A stretch of 64,000 bases of DNA from contig CAZUXA010000008.1 of the NCBI GenBank assembly GCA_964624405.1, forward strand, positions 25,078-89,077, read 5' to 3'. The notes beneath the pieces are model-generated. The model was not told where the DNA came from and ran no database searches. It was given only the letters and a program-made list of their open reading frames with translations. Shown here one piece after another: positions 18,140 to 27,810 of the stretch. The position numbers and the translations under genes are program-made. Each line of letters opens with the position of its first letter. The stretch's first letter is position 1. This DNA is from an uncultured bacterium. Lineage in GTDB: Bacteria; Fermentibacterota; Fermentibacteria; Fermentibacterales; JCC-6.

Positions 18140-19209
18140 AGAATGACGAAGCCATCCGAATCAGAGACAGGATCAGTGAGATAGACCAGGCGCTGTGCGA
18201 GTCGGAAACCCTCAGAAGCCCGCGGCTTCTAAGGGAACTCAGCACAGAGCGCACGGGGCTGGCGAAGATTCTGGCCACACTGGTTTCCATCGACGAGGCG
18301 GAAAACCTGCTGTCCGAACTGAGGGAAGCCCAGGCCGGCGAGGACGATGAACTCAGGGAGATGGCCCGGGAGGAAACCCCGGAGGTCGAAGCCCGTCTGG
18401 CACGGCTCGAGGCGAATCTCAGAGTTCTGCTCATTCCGCCGGACCCCAACGATTCCCGTAATGTGCTGATGGAAATCCGGGCCGGAACCGGCGGCGAGGA
18501 GGCAGCGCTGTTCGCAGGCAGCGTATATGGAATGTACTCGGCGTACGCCCAGGCCAGGGGCTGGAAACTGGAACCGGTCAGCTCCAGGGAGAGTGAAAAG
18601 GGTGGTTTCAGGGAGATTGTTTTCGCCCTCTCCGGCGACTCGGTATACAGCCGCATGAAGTACGAGGCCGGTGTACACAGGGTTCAAAGGGTGCCGGAAA
18701 CCGAAAGCTCCGGACGCATCCACACTTCCGCGTGCACCGTGGCGGTGCTTCCCGAGGCTGAGGATGTGGAGGTCGAAATCGACCCCGACGACCTGAGAAT
18801 AGATGTGTTCCGTTCCTCCGGCCCCGGAGGTCAGAGCGTGAACACCACTGACAGCGCTGTTCGAATCACCCACATTCCCACCGGCATCGTGGTGAGCTGC
18901 CAGGACGAAAAAAGCCAGCACAAGAACCGGGCCCAGGCCATGAAGGTGCTTCGCGCGCGGCTCCTGGCCGCCCGTCAGGAGGAGGAGCAGGCAAAAAGGT
19001 CCGAGGCCCGGAAAACCATGGTGGGCACCGGCGACCGAAGCGCCAAGATCAGAACCTACAACTTTCCCCAGGGCAGGGTGACGGACCACAGGATTCATCT
19101 CACGCTGCACAATCTTCAGGGTGTGCTTCAGGGGGAACTCGACACCCTTATCGATGCCCTCGCCGGCGCCGACCAGGAAAAAATGCTTTCGGAACGCTCG
19201 GCGAAATGA
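18136..19209 (+). CDS. prfA: peptide chain release factor 1 (GTG start overlapping the upstream stop)
   Basis: The GGQ motif ([23 protein letters not shown]) and an RF1-type P-x-T motif (PET) are present. Confidence 0.9.
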   Translation: MKNDEAIRIRDRISEIDQALCESETLRSPRLLRELSTERTGLAKILATLVSIDEAENLLSELREAQAGEDDELREMAREETPEVEARLARLEANLRVLLIPPDPNDSRNVLMEIRAGTGGEEAALFAGSVYGMYSAYAQARGWKLEPVSSRESEKGGFREIVFALSGDSVYSRMKYEAGVHRVQRVPETESSGRIHTSACTVAVLPEAEDVEVEIDPDDLRIDVFRSSGPGGQSVNTTDSAVRITHIPTGIVVSCQDEKSQHKNRAQAMKVLRARLLAARQEEEQAKRSEARKTMVGTGDRSAKIRTYNFPQGRVTDHRIHLTLHNLQGVLQGELDTLIDALAGADQEKMLSERSAK

Positions 19210-20030
19210 AACTTCAAAGGCTTGTCGCGGAGCTGTCGAAAGCAGTTGCCCAGGTGGAGGAGCCCATGACGGAAGCACGGCTGTTGGCCGCGGGTCTCTT
19301 CGGGGGGGACATGGCGAAGTTGTACCGGCAGTACCCCGCGGAGGTCTCCCCGGAGGATGAAAGCCGGCTGAGGCTTGCCGCTGGAAGAAGAGCGGGGGGA
19401 GAACCCCTTCAGCACATTCTGGGAGAGGCCTGGTTCTTCGGCAGAAGGTTTCTCTGCGACCACCGGGCCCTGGTTCCAAGGCCGGAAACCGAAACCCTGA
19501 TCAGCGCATTTCTTTCCGAAGCCCTCCCGAAAAACCCCCGTATCCTTGATGTTGGAACAGGCAGCGGAGTGATCGGAATAACACTCGCCCTGGAAATCGC
19601 CGGCAGCGCCGTTACCGGAACGGAAAACTACCCTCCCGCCGCCTCTCTTGCCCGGGAGAACGCCGCCCTGCACCAGGCCCTGAACTTCACCATTGCAGAG
19701 ACCGACATGGTAAGCGGGCTCTTCGGTACTTTTCACGGAGTGGCGGCGAACCTCCCCTACATTCCAACCAAAGACATCCCCGGCCTTGCCCGGGAAGTGT
19801 CATTCGACCCTGTTTCCGCCCTGGACGGAGGCCCAACCGGGCTTGAATGCGTGGAAAGACTGCTGAGGTGTGTCGGCCCGGTCACGGCACCGGGCGGGTT
19901 GCTTGTGCTGGAAACAGGCTTTGACCAGACGGACCGGGTCTGCTTCCTTCTATCCGGCTGGCGGGATGTTCGGGTTGTTCCCGACCTTGCGGGAAGGCCC
20001 CGGGTGGTCACCGCAAGAAGGGCGGCCTGA
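19206..20030 (+). CDS. prmC: release factor glutamine N5-methyltransferase PrmC/HemK
   Basis: An SAM-binding motif DVGTGSG and a catalytic N-x-P-Y-like motif NLPYIP are present. It is translationally coupled to prfA by an ATGA overlap. Confidence 0.8.
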   Translation: MKLQRLVAELSKAVAQVEEPMTEARLLAAGLFGGDMAKLYRQYPAEVSPEDESRLRLAAGRRAGGEPLQHILGEAWFFGRRFLCDHRALVPRPETETLISAFLSEALPKNPRILDVGTGSGVIGITLALEIAGSAVTGTENYPPAASLARENAALHQALNFTIAETDMVSGLFGTFHGVAANLPYIPTKDIPGLAREVSFDPVSALDGGPTGLECVERLLRCVGPVTAPGGLLVLETGFDQTDRVCFLLSGWRDVRVVPDLAGRPRVVTARRAA

Positions 20031-20043
20031 CTTGTCCAGCGCC

Positions 20044-21105
20044 ATGCAGGTCAACGCGGGGGGGCTTCTGATCGGAGGCGGCGCCCCGGTTTCCGTTCAA
20101 TCCATGACCAACACCCGTACATCGGATGTTCCGGCAACCCTGGCTCAGATCAGGGAACTGGCCAGGGCGGGAGCGGCACTGGTCAGGGTCGCGGTGCCGG
20201 ATCGGGAAGCGGCTTTAGCGCTTCCCGCCATCATTGAAGCTTCTCCGGTCCCCCTGGCGGCGGACATTCATTTCCATGCCGAGCTTGCCATGAAAGCCCT
20301 GGAAGCCGGAATCCACAAACTCAGGCTCAACCCCGGAAACATCCGGCGGAAAAGGGATGTTCTCCGCATCGCGGAACTTGCCGGCAAACTTGCTGTTCCG
20401 ATTCGAATCGGGGTCAACTCCGGCAGCATACCCGGTGACCTGAGGGCCCGGTTCGGCATGGGCGCCGACGCCATGTGGGCAGCGGCGGAAAGACATCTCG
20501 AGCTTCTTCGCGAAGCGGATTTCTCCGCGGTGGTGCTGTCACTGAAGGCATCGGACCCCATGCTTGCCGTGAAGGCAAACCGGAAGGCCGGGGCACTGTG
20601 CGACCACCCGATTCACCTCGGAGTCACCGAAGCCGGCCCGCCCTCCACCGCCGGGATAAGAAGCGCTGTGGCCATGGCGCTGCTTCTCTCCCAGGGCATC
20701 GGAGACACTCTGAGAGTTTCAATATCGGGCTCGCCGGTGCTGGAACCCGCGGCGGGGCTTGAAATCCTGTCTTCCCTTGGTATGTTGCGCAGGGCAAGAG
20801 TGGTGAGCTGCCCCACCTGCGCCAGGTCACGCCTGGATGTAGCGGCCCTGGCCGGGGAGGTCGGCGCCGCTCTTGCCGGGTGCGAGACACCGATCACGGT
20901 GGCTGTCATGGGTTGCGAGGTCAATGGCCCGGGCGAGGCCCGGGAGGCGGATATCGCTTTGATAGGAACTCCGGGGGGCATTTCTCTCTGGCGCAGCGGC
21001 GCGGTTGTTCAAGAGGTGGCCCCGGGGGAAGCACTTGAAACCCTGTTGAGGGAAATCGCGCGGTTCTCCGCGCAGGGAGGGTGTTGTGAACGAGAACGCA
21101 ATTGA
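20044..21105 (+). CDS. ispG: 4-hydroxy-3-methylbut-2-enyl diphosphate synthase IspG (start at internal ATG 20044)
   Basis: The N-terminus ...VSVQSMTNT and a C-terminal CPxCxR Fe-S motif (CPTCARS) are present, at about 353 aa. Confidence 0.85.
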   Translation: MQVNAGGLLIGGGAPVSVQSMTNTRTSDVPATLAQIRELARAGAALVRVAVPDREAALALPAIIEASPVPLAADIHFHAELAMKALEAGIHKLRLNPGNIRRKRDVLRIAELAGKLAVPIRIGVNSGSIPGDLRARFGMGADAMWAAAERHLELLREADFSAVVLSLKASDPMLAVKANRKAGALCDHPIHLGVTEAGPPSTAGIRSAVAMALLLSQGIGDTLRVSISGSPVLEPAAGLEILSSLGMLRRARVVSCPTCARSRLDVAALAGEVGAALAGCETPITVAVMGCEVNGPGEAREADIALIGTPGGISLWRSGAVVQEVAPGEALETLLREIARFSAQGGCCERERN

Positions 21106-22510
21106 AGCCGTTAGAAAAAAGCTTGTGGAACGGAATATCGAGGAAATCGACATTCGCTTCTGCGATCTTCTGGGTTTCTGGAGGCATGTCACCCTTCCGG
21201 TTTCCCTGGGCGACCAGGAGCTCTTCAAGCGGGGCGTTGGCTTCGACGGTTCAACCCTTGACGGCATGACCGCCACGGAAGCCGGGGATTTGAGCCTGGT
21301 TCCCGACCCCCGCAGGGTGTTCTTCGACCCGTTCATGAAAAAGCCCACCGCCGCCTTCATCGGCGACATTATCCACCCGGACACAGGCAGACCCTTCTCC
21401 CGGGATCCAAGAGGGGTGGCCCGGAAGGCGACGGAACTGGCCAGATTCGAAGGGGCCGCCACGGAAACCTTCTGGGCTCCTGAATTCGAGTTCTATCTGT
21501 TCGACAAGGCTTCGTTCTGGTTCCGCCCCGGCTCATCGGGATACTCCTTCGAGCATATAGAAATGCCGTTCTCCGCCGAAGAACCCCAGAACATGGGGCT
21601 GGTCCACGCCACCCATTCCGCCTACCACATGATGCCTCCGGTGGACAGCATGCACGACATCCGGGCGGAGATGACGGCGCACATGATGACCGCGGGAATC
21701 CCGGTGAAGTACCATCACCACGAGGTGGGAAGATTCGGGCAGTGCGAGATAGAAACCCGCTTCATGAACCTGCTCACCGCCGCGGACGCAATCATGATCA
21801 CGAAGCACATCGTCCGGAATGTGGCCATGCGGGCGAACATGGCGTCCACTTTCATGGCGAAGCCCCTTCCGGGGCAGCCGGGCAGCGGCATGCACTTCCA
21901 CATGTACTTCGAGAAGAACGGGGAGCGCACCTTCTACGACCGTGAGGGTTACTGCTGTCTGAGTTCAACGGCCAGAAACGCCATCGCCGGCATCCTTCAT
22001 CACGCCCCGGCAATCAGCGCCTTCGCAAACCCCAGCGTGAACAGCTACCATCGTCTTGTGCCGGCCCAGGAAGCACCGGTCTACCGCTTCTTCAGCGGAG
22101 CCAACCGCAGCAGCGCCATAAGGGTTCCCGCCTACGCACGCACCCCCCAGAAAATGCGTTTCGAGTACCGGGTGCCGGACGGCACCGCGAATCCCTACCT
22201 CTGCACCGCCGCTATTCTCATGGCGGCCCTGGACGGGATCCGCAACAACATGGAACCGGAGAAGATGGGCTTCGGCCCCATCGATGACAATGTGTTCGCC
22301 CCGGGCTACGACACATCGAACCTGGCCAGGCTGCCGGAAAACCTGTCCCAGGCCCTGGACGCCCTTGGGCGGGACCGCCAGTTCCTTGAGGAGAACGGGG
22401 TTTTCGAGACGGACCTTATAGATGAATACATCAGGGTGAAGCGGGCTGAGCTGCTGGGTTTCGTGGGGAACCCCCATCCCATGGAGCACATGCTTTATTT
22501 CTCCCTTTAA
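21086..22510 (+). CDS. glnA: glutamine synthetase (GSI-like), GTG start
   Basis: The length is about 474 aa. The GS beta-grasp N-terminus and a catalytic domain with conserved blocks (FDGSS-like GFDGST, MHFHMYFEK, NPYL) are present. Confidence 0.75.
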   Translation: MNENAIEAVRKKLVERNIEEIDIRFCDLLGFWRHVTLPVSLGDQELFKRGVGFDGSTLDGMTATEAGDLSLVPDPRRVFFDPFMKKPTAAFIGDIIHPDTGRPFSRDPRGVARKATELARFEGAATETFWAPEFEFYLFDKASFWFRPGSSGYSFEHIEMPFSAEEPQNMGLVHATHSAYHMMPPVDSMHDIRAEMTAHMMTAGIPVKYHHHEVGRFGQCEIETRFMNLLTAADAIMITKHIVRNVAMRANMASTFMAKPLPGQPGSGMHFHMYFEKNGERTFYDREGYCCLSSTARNAIAGILHHAPAISAFANPSVNSYHRLVPAQEAPVYRFFSGANRSSAIRVPAYARTPQKMRFEYRVPDGTANPYLCTAAILMAALDGIRNNMEPEKMGFGPIDDNVFAPGYDTSNLARLPENLSQALDALGRDRQFLEENGVFETDLIDEYIRVKRAELLGFVGNPHPMEHMLYFSL

Positions 22511-22527
22511 CTGAGAAGAGGCTTGCG

Positions 22528-23655
22528 GTGAAAAAACTTTATGCTTTGTTTGTGGTAGCGCTTCTCGCACTGGCCTGCGGCCGTGAAGACGGCCCCGTGC
22601 AGGCGGGAGAGGCCGGCTCACGGGTGCCCCTGCCGGATGTGGATGTATGGCTCTCCATAACCGATTCCATCGGGATAGAGATGGGCGACAGCACCCTGAT
22701 GCTGGGAATGCCCGCGGCGGCTTTCTGGATGCCGGAGAACCGGGTGGTTGTGCTGGACATGCAAAAGTTCCGGGCTTCCATCTTCACGCCGGAGGGGGAG
22801 TTCATTGCCTCTCTGGGCCGGCAGGGAAGCGGCCCCGGAGAGTTTCTGCTGCCGTCGTATCTTTCCGTGACCCCTTCGGGGGGTATAGCGGTCTGCGACG
22901 CCATGGCGGGCCATCTGAGCTTCTTCAGCCCCGACCTGGAGTACACCGGCAGTGTCTCAGGGTTTTTCCCGTCACCGCCGGTTATGACGGTGTTCATCGC
23001 CGACTCGGTGTTCATTGGAATGAAACCCGAGTTCGAACAGAACGAAAACGGCTTGTTCATGGGCTACACCGTCGCCAGATGGAACATCTCGTCCCCGGAA
23101 CCCGAGCAGGTCTTCTACAGCAAGTTGAACCCCTTTGACATATCCGACTTGTCCAACATCAACTTCACCGAGGGCATGGTGCTGTTCGCCGCCACTTCCG
23201 AAGGGGTGGTCTACACCACCGTTCTCTCCACCGAGGCCTACGAGTTCAATGCCATGAACCCGGACGGTTCGGAGCTGTTCTCGGTAACAGAACCCTTCAC
23301 AAGGGTCCGGAAAACCCAGGAGGACATCGACTCGGAAAGGGAGTTCGTCCGGAACCGGATGCGTCAGGGGGGCGCCCCGGAGTTCATGGTGAACTCCTAC
23401 CAGCCTGACCCCTTCCTGTTCGCGATAGGTTCAATGGGTATCGCTCCCGACGGAAACCTCTGGGTAGCCCAGGGAGTCTACGGCTCCCCGGTGTTCAGGG
23501 TGTACAACCCCGCCACGGGAGAATTCCTGTTCACCGCGGCGCTGGAGGTCGGGGATGAAGAGAGGGACATCACCGTCATGATGAACCGGTGGGGATTCAC
23601 CGGCATCGACCAGATGTCCGGAGACTGGCCCAGGGTCTATATCATCGATCGCTGA
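22528..23655 (+). CDS. NHL-repeat / 6-bladed beta-propeller lipoprotein (paralog of 46274..47380)
   Basis: A lipobox LALAC|G and an NHL-like GSGPGEF...GIAVCD repeat are present. It shares clear N-terminal similarity with the second copy (SITDSIGIEMGDS... vs SIIDSVGVELGDS...). Confidence 0.6.
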   Translation: MKKLYALFVVALLALACGREDGPVQAGEAGSRVPLPDVDVWLSITDSIGIEMGDSTLMLGMPAAAFWMPENRVVVLDMQKFRASIFTPEGEFIASLGRQGSGPGEFLLPSYLSVTPSGGIAVCDAMAGHLSFFSPDLEYTGSVSGFFPSPPVMTVFIADSVFIGMKPEFEQNENGLFMGYTVARWNISSPEPEQVFYSKLNPFDISDLSNINFTEGMVLFAATSEGVVYTTVLSTEAYEFNAMNPDGSELFSVTEPFTRVRKTQEDIDSEREFVRNRMRQGGAPEFMVNSYQPDPFLFAIGSMGIAPDGNLWVAQGVYGSPVFRVYNPATGEFLFTAALEVGDEERDITVMMNRWGFTGIDQMSGDWPRVYIIDR

Positions 23656-24184
23656 GGAGTACGGCCCTGACCGGCGAGCCGTCGCCGCCCACGATTCGCA
23701 GCGGCAGGCAGACCAGGGTGTAACGCCCGGGTTCCACTCCGTCCAGCATCAGGTTTTCCACCACCGGAATTCCAGCCCCCAGCAGAATCAGATGGGCGGT
23801 GTCGGCATCGCCGTGGTCTATGGACATGCGGGAGGTGCCCACCAGCTCGGCGCCGCCTTTCACAAGCTCCAGTGCTTCTTCTCCGCTGACGCTTCGGCCC
23901 AGCAGCACCGCCCGGCCCTGAAAGTCTTCGGGAACACCCATACAGACCTTGGCCGGAAGCACCGCCTTGTGCAGGGGAATCATGTCGATGGGCATTCCGC
24001 CGGGAATCCGGTGAAGCGGGGCGTCCATGTGGGTGCCGGAGTGGGCGCTCATTCGCAGCCGGGAAAAGGTCCATTCACCCTGGGTGGCCTCGGTTCTCTT
24101 GAACGGAATGTCACCGGGCCAGGGCTCGGTATCCGGAGAGAGGGGGCGGGTGATGTCAATCATTCCGCGGGGTTGGCTCAGCAT
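23642..24184 (-). CDS. cyclase family protein (kynurenine formamidase-like fold)
   Basis: The HxGTHxDAPxH signature (SAHSGTHMDAPLH) is present. Confidence 0.7.
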   Translation of the reverse strand: MLSQPRGMIDITRPLSPDTEPWPGDIPFKRTEATQGEWTFSRLRMSAHSGTHMDAPLHRIPGGMPIDMIPLHKAVLPAKVCMGVPEDFQGRAVLLGRSVSGEEALELVKGGAELVGTSRMSIDHGDADTAHLILLGAGIPVVENLMLDGVEPGRYTLVCLPLRIVGGDGSPVRAVLLSDR

Positions 24185-24800
24185 GGGCGCAAACTCCCTT
24201 CAGGGGGCAGGACGGGCAGCGGGGCCTCACGGGAAGGCAAACCCGTTGACCGAACCTTACAAAAACATGGTTCAGCCCGGTCCATTCGTCCCGGGGAAAC
24301 AGCTTCATCAAAGAGGCCTCCGTGGTTTCGGGGGAGCGGGTCTTCACGATTCCAATCCGGTTTGACACCCGGTGCACATGGACATCCACGCAGACCGCGG
24401 GAATGCCGAATGCCATTCCCATCACGAAGGCCGCGGTTTTCCCCCCTACTCCCGGAAGGCCTGTCAGGGCTTCTCTGCTTCGGGGTACCCGACCCTGATG
24501 GCTTTCGAGGATGATTCTGGCGGTCTCCAGCAGTTGGCGGGCCTTTACCCTGTAGAACCCCGCGGGGCGAAGAAGGGTTTCCAGTTCCTCCCGGGAGAGG
24601 GCGAGGAGCTCCCCCGGAGTCGCCGCCCGGCTGAGGACATTCCGGGTTACCTCCCGGGTGACCGCGTCCCGGGTTCTGAGGCTCACCACCGTGCCCACGA
24701 GAATGGAGAAAGGGCTCTCCCCCGCGACAAGCGGCGCGGGGACTCCCGTGTCACCCAGATGAACCCGCATCTCGAGCAGGATGTCCGAAGGATTTTTCAA
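24156..24800 (-). CDS. nth: endonuclease III (HhH-GPD glycosylase with 4Fe-4S cluster)
   Basis: HhH-GPD and the C-x6-C-x2-C-x5-C motif (CLPVRPRCPSCPLKGVC) are present. Confidence 0.85.
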   Translation of the reverse strand: MKNPSDILLEMRVHLGDTGVPAPLVAGESPFSILVGTVVSLRTRDAVTREVTRNVLSRAATPGELLALSREELETLLRPAGFYRVKARQLLETARIILESHQGRVPRSREALTGLPGVGGKTAAFVMGMAFGIPAVCVDVHVHRVSNRIGIVKTRSPETTEASLMKLFPRDEWTGLNHVFVRFGQRVCLPVRPRCPSCPLKGVCAHAEPTPRND

Positions 24801-26020
24801 CGAAGCCGAACCAGCCGGATACCCCTGCTTTTACTGAGCACAAGCCCGAGCCTGCCGTTGAACAGGTCCACCAGTTCCTCTCCAAGGGCATCCTTGCGCC
24901 AGGCGGGAATGCCGGGCCGGGCCTGCAGGTCTTCTATGGATTCCGGGGGGTTGTCCAGCAGAACATCGAAGGTGTCTCCCGGGAGGAGAACCGTGGGGGA
25001 AATCTTGAGCTCCGCGGATTTCTTCTTGAGAAAGATGCGGAGGATGTCCTTCCTGGCGGAACGGCCCCAGTCCTGACTGGGGGGCTTGACCGTCGGTGTG
25101 TTGGGGTCGGGAGACTTTCTGTCCTCGAGGCTTACCAGCACCAGGTCGGAACCGTACTTTTCCATGAACCCCCCGGGAAGGCCGCGAAGCACAGCCAGGT
25201 CGTCCACACTGGAGGGAGAAAGAATGGCTATTCTGCAGAGCAGTGAATCCGATGCGATGAACTGCCTTGGCCTGTTCATGGAACGGGCAAGGTTTTCCCT
25301 CCAGTTCACCAGCCGGAACAGCAGGGAATGGTGCTGGGGTTTGACCTTGTCCGCGGAGCGGGTTTTTCGGAACAGGTTCTCCATGGAAACCCCGTAGGCT
25401 TCAGGGTCGGAGAGGGAATGCGACTCATCCAGGAACCACTGCATTCTTCCCCTGCGCTCAAGCTGCGCCCTGAGCTTCCCGTACATGTCCGGCAGATACC
25501 TCACATCATCCAGGGCATAAAGAACCTGATCCGGTGAGAGGGGCCGGGCGGACCAGTCGCTCATGGAGTACTGCTTCGGCGGTTTGGCTTTGCATACGGA
25601 TTTCACAAGGTTTGCCAGGCTCATCTGTTCTCCGTAGCCGAGAAAAGCCGCGGCAATCTGGGTGTCGAAAACATTGCGTATGGAAACGCCGGGGATGTGG
25701 TGGAGAATCACCCCGATGTCATTCCTGGCGGAATGGATGATCTTGACCACATCAGGGGATTCGAGAAGCGGAGCCAGGGGGGAGAGATCAGGCACGGCCA
25801 GGGGGTCTACAGCCACGGGGCTGACACCCGCCGCGGAAATCTGAATAAGATACAGGTCAGGCCAGTAGCGTTTCTCTCCGTGAAACTCGGTGTCGAGGGC
25901 CACCGCCTCCTGGTCGAGGCAGCGCTTCACCAGAAGGTTCAGGTCTTTGGCGTTGTCGATCAGGGGAGGTTGCTCCGGCGTCACGGGTTCACCGGCGTGG
26001 ACTGGTTGTGGTGGTTGCAT
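24797..26020 (-). CDS. rnd: ribonuclease D (DEDDy 3-prime-5-prime exonuclease + HRDC)
   Basis: The ALDTEF... exonuclease motif I and a C-terminal HRDC-like region are present. Confidence 0.75.
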   Translation of the reverse strand: MQPPQPVHAGEPVTPEQPPLIDNAKDLNLLVKRCLDQEAVALDTEFHGEKRYWPDLYLIQISAAGVSPVAVDPLAVPDLSPLAPLLESPDVVKIIHSARNDIGVILHHIPGVSIRNVFDTQIAAAFLGYGEQMSLANLVKSVCKAKPPKQYSMSDWSARPLSPDQVLYALDDVRYLPDMYGKLRAQLERRGRMQWFLDESHSLSDPEAYGVSMENLFRKTRSADKVKPQHHSLLFRLVNWRENLARSMNRPRQFIASDSLLCRIAILSPSSVDDLAVLRGLPGGFMEKYGSDLVLVSLEDRKSPDPNTPTVKPPSQDWGRSARKDILRIFLKKKSAELKISPTVLLPGDTFDVLLDNPPESIEDLQARPGIPAWRKDALGEELVDLFNGRLGLVLSKSRGIRLVRLR

Positions 26021-26706
26021 ACGACGCTGTCATTTCTGAGAGCATAGTAGGAGTAGGCGTTGTCCGGGCATCGCCAGCCCCCCCTTTGGCCGAGTTCGCC
26101 GCCGGAAAGGCGGTAGACGCTCTCAAGGTCATGGGGCATGATATCCACCCGGCTCAGATAGGCCCTTACAACCCCGGCGACCTCTTCAAGCCTGGCGCGG
26201 CAGGTGTGGGGAGAGAGGCTGATTCCGGCACCCAGGTGACCCGCGGGGCATTTCACCGAATCACTGCTCAGAATGTATTCACCGGCTGAAACCGGGCAGA
26301 TTCGGGAGCCGGACATGGCCGCGGCCCGGCAGAGTAGAACCGCCTCACCCAGCAGCCCGTCCAGTGAGGCGTCACCCCTTACCCGGTACTCTCCGTTCTT
26401 CTCTTCAAACCACACCATTCTCGTGGACTCGCCGGAAATGCCTGCCATTCTGATTCCCCGGTGATCGTAACCGTCAAGGAATACCCGTTCCGGTCCGGGC
26501 CGCCCTCCGAGCCTGCCCAGAAACTCAGGGGAAACCAGCCGTGACAGGCTGTCCGACAGGCATGACCAGGCGTTCTCGGCGTTACCCCGGGAAAGCTCCC
26601 CGAGATAGTTCCGCGTGGCGTTTTCCAGGGCGACTCCCGGGCTGCGGAAACGGGCCAGAACCGCTGCGAGCACCAGAATCAGAAGAGCCGGCAGTACTTT
26701 CTTCAT
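25981..26706 (-). CDS. hypothetical secreted cysteine-containing protein (start at ATG 26706, MKKVLPALLIL...)
   Basis: A signal peptide is present and no recognisable domain is seen. The N-terminal extension of the longer ORF is rejected. Confidence 0.45.
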   Translation of the reverse strand: MKKVLPALLILVLAAVLARFRSPGVALENATRNYLGELSRGNAENAWSCLSDSLSRLVSPEFLGRLGGRPGPERVFLDGYDHRGIRMAGISGESTRMVWFEEKNGEYRVRGDASLDGLLGEAVLLCRAAAMSGSRICPVSAGEYILSSDSVKCPAGHLGAGISLSPHTCRARLEEVAGVVRAYLSRVDIMPHDLESVYRLSGGELGQRGGWRCPDNAYSYYALRNDSVVCNHHNQSTPVNP

Positions 26707-27653
26707 TCCCTGCCCCTGCCCCCCTCCGAGGTTCTGCCGCCGGTTCCAACGCTGAAAATGTCTCCCAGCCCGATTCCGATTCCGCTGAAGATGACTCCCC
26801 ACTCCTTGTCCACATTCTCCCCGCCCAGCCGGATGTACACATCCGCGGTCAACTTGAGCTGCGGATTACTCAGAACGAATCCTCCCCGAAGGTCGAAGTA
26901 GCTTCGGTCGCTTCCCCGAACCCTGACGGTGGTTCCTTCCTCGGTTTCGTAGCTGGTTCTGCCCCTGGTTGCGAACTCCCCTCCGATTCTCACCGAGAGT
27001 TCCGGGTTAAGGGGTGTAACCAGAAAACCCACGCCTCTCAGTTCGGCTCCCGGTGAGGTTTCCGCGCTGTCCCGTCTGGTGCCGGGTATCCTGTCCCACG
27101 CTTTGAAGTAGTACCGCAGGCCTCCGGTGAAGTCGAACCGCGATCCGCTTCCGGGACCCATGGGCATCTCGAAGCTGGCCGCAAGCTCTCCCGCCATGTG
27201 GGGATCGCTTCGGGGAACATCGGCGCTTTCCAGATAGCCCTTGAATGCCGGACGGAAAGCGCCCCGTATCAGATAGTGGGGGGAGCGGCTCATCCAGCCG
27301 TCAAGGCTGATCCAGGGGTCGGTGATTCCCAGGCCGGGGTTTTCCGACCCGGAGACCTGAAGATACATGGGTATGATGAGGCTGATGGTGTGGCTGGATG
27401 TGATGCCGTATCTGCCTGTCCAGGCGGCGTTGATGAATCCCTGGGTGTCGCGGTGGGAATAGAGGCTGTCGAACCCCAGGGTATCCGTCTCCCAGAAGGA
27501 GCCGGCGGAGAAGTAGCCGATGGCGAAGTCACCGCTGGATTCGGTGGTTCGTAGCACCCTGGTGAGGCCGTTGTAGTAAAGCGGATCCCAGCCGAGGGCG
27601 ATTCCCGCCGCGAGAAGCGCCGTCAGGGGAACAAGTATGCTGCGTCTGATCAT
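26703..27653 (-). CDS. hypothetical outer-membrane beta-barrel-like protein
   Basis: A signal peptide, alternating amphipathic strands and a G/Y/F/R-rich composition are present. Confidence 0.45.
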   Translation of the reverse strand: MIRRSILVPLTALLAAGIALGWDPLYYNGLTRVLRTTESSGDFAIGYFSAGSFWETDTLGFDSLYSHRDTQGFINAAWTGRYGITSSHTISLIIPMYLQVSGSENPGLGITDPWISLDGWMSRSPHYLIRGAFRPAFKGYLESADVPRSDPHMAGELAASFEMPMGPGSGSRFDFTGGLRYYFKAWDRIPGTRRDSAETSPGAELRGVGFLVTPLNPELSVRIGGEFATRGRTSYETEEGTTVRVRGSDRSYFDLRGGFVLSNPQLKLTADVYIRLGGENVDKEWGVIFSGIGIGLGDIFSVGTGGRTSEGGRGRE

Positions 27654-27810
27654 GATTCCTCCGGTGGGAAGGCACCCATCATAAAGAGAGCCGGCAAGCC
27701 AGTTCTATAAAACACGCTTCAAGCAGGGGTCAAGGTTGTTGACTGCCCGGCGGCTGTACAGCATGTTTCATCAACAATAACCTGATCACCGGTCCGAAAG
27801 GAGACCTGTT

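Noticed and set aside
18229-19479. 416-aa minus-strand ORF
   Set aside because: It is antisense to prfA/prmC, which carry the GGQ and NPPY-like motifs. It is Pro/Gly/Ala-rich with no domain.
20391-20410. gattcgaatcgggg resembling a tRNA T-arm
   Set aside because: It lies inside the ispG coding sequence with no surrounding cloverleaf.
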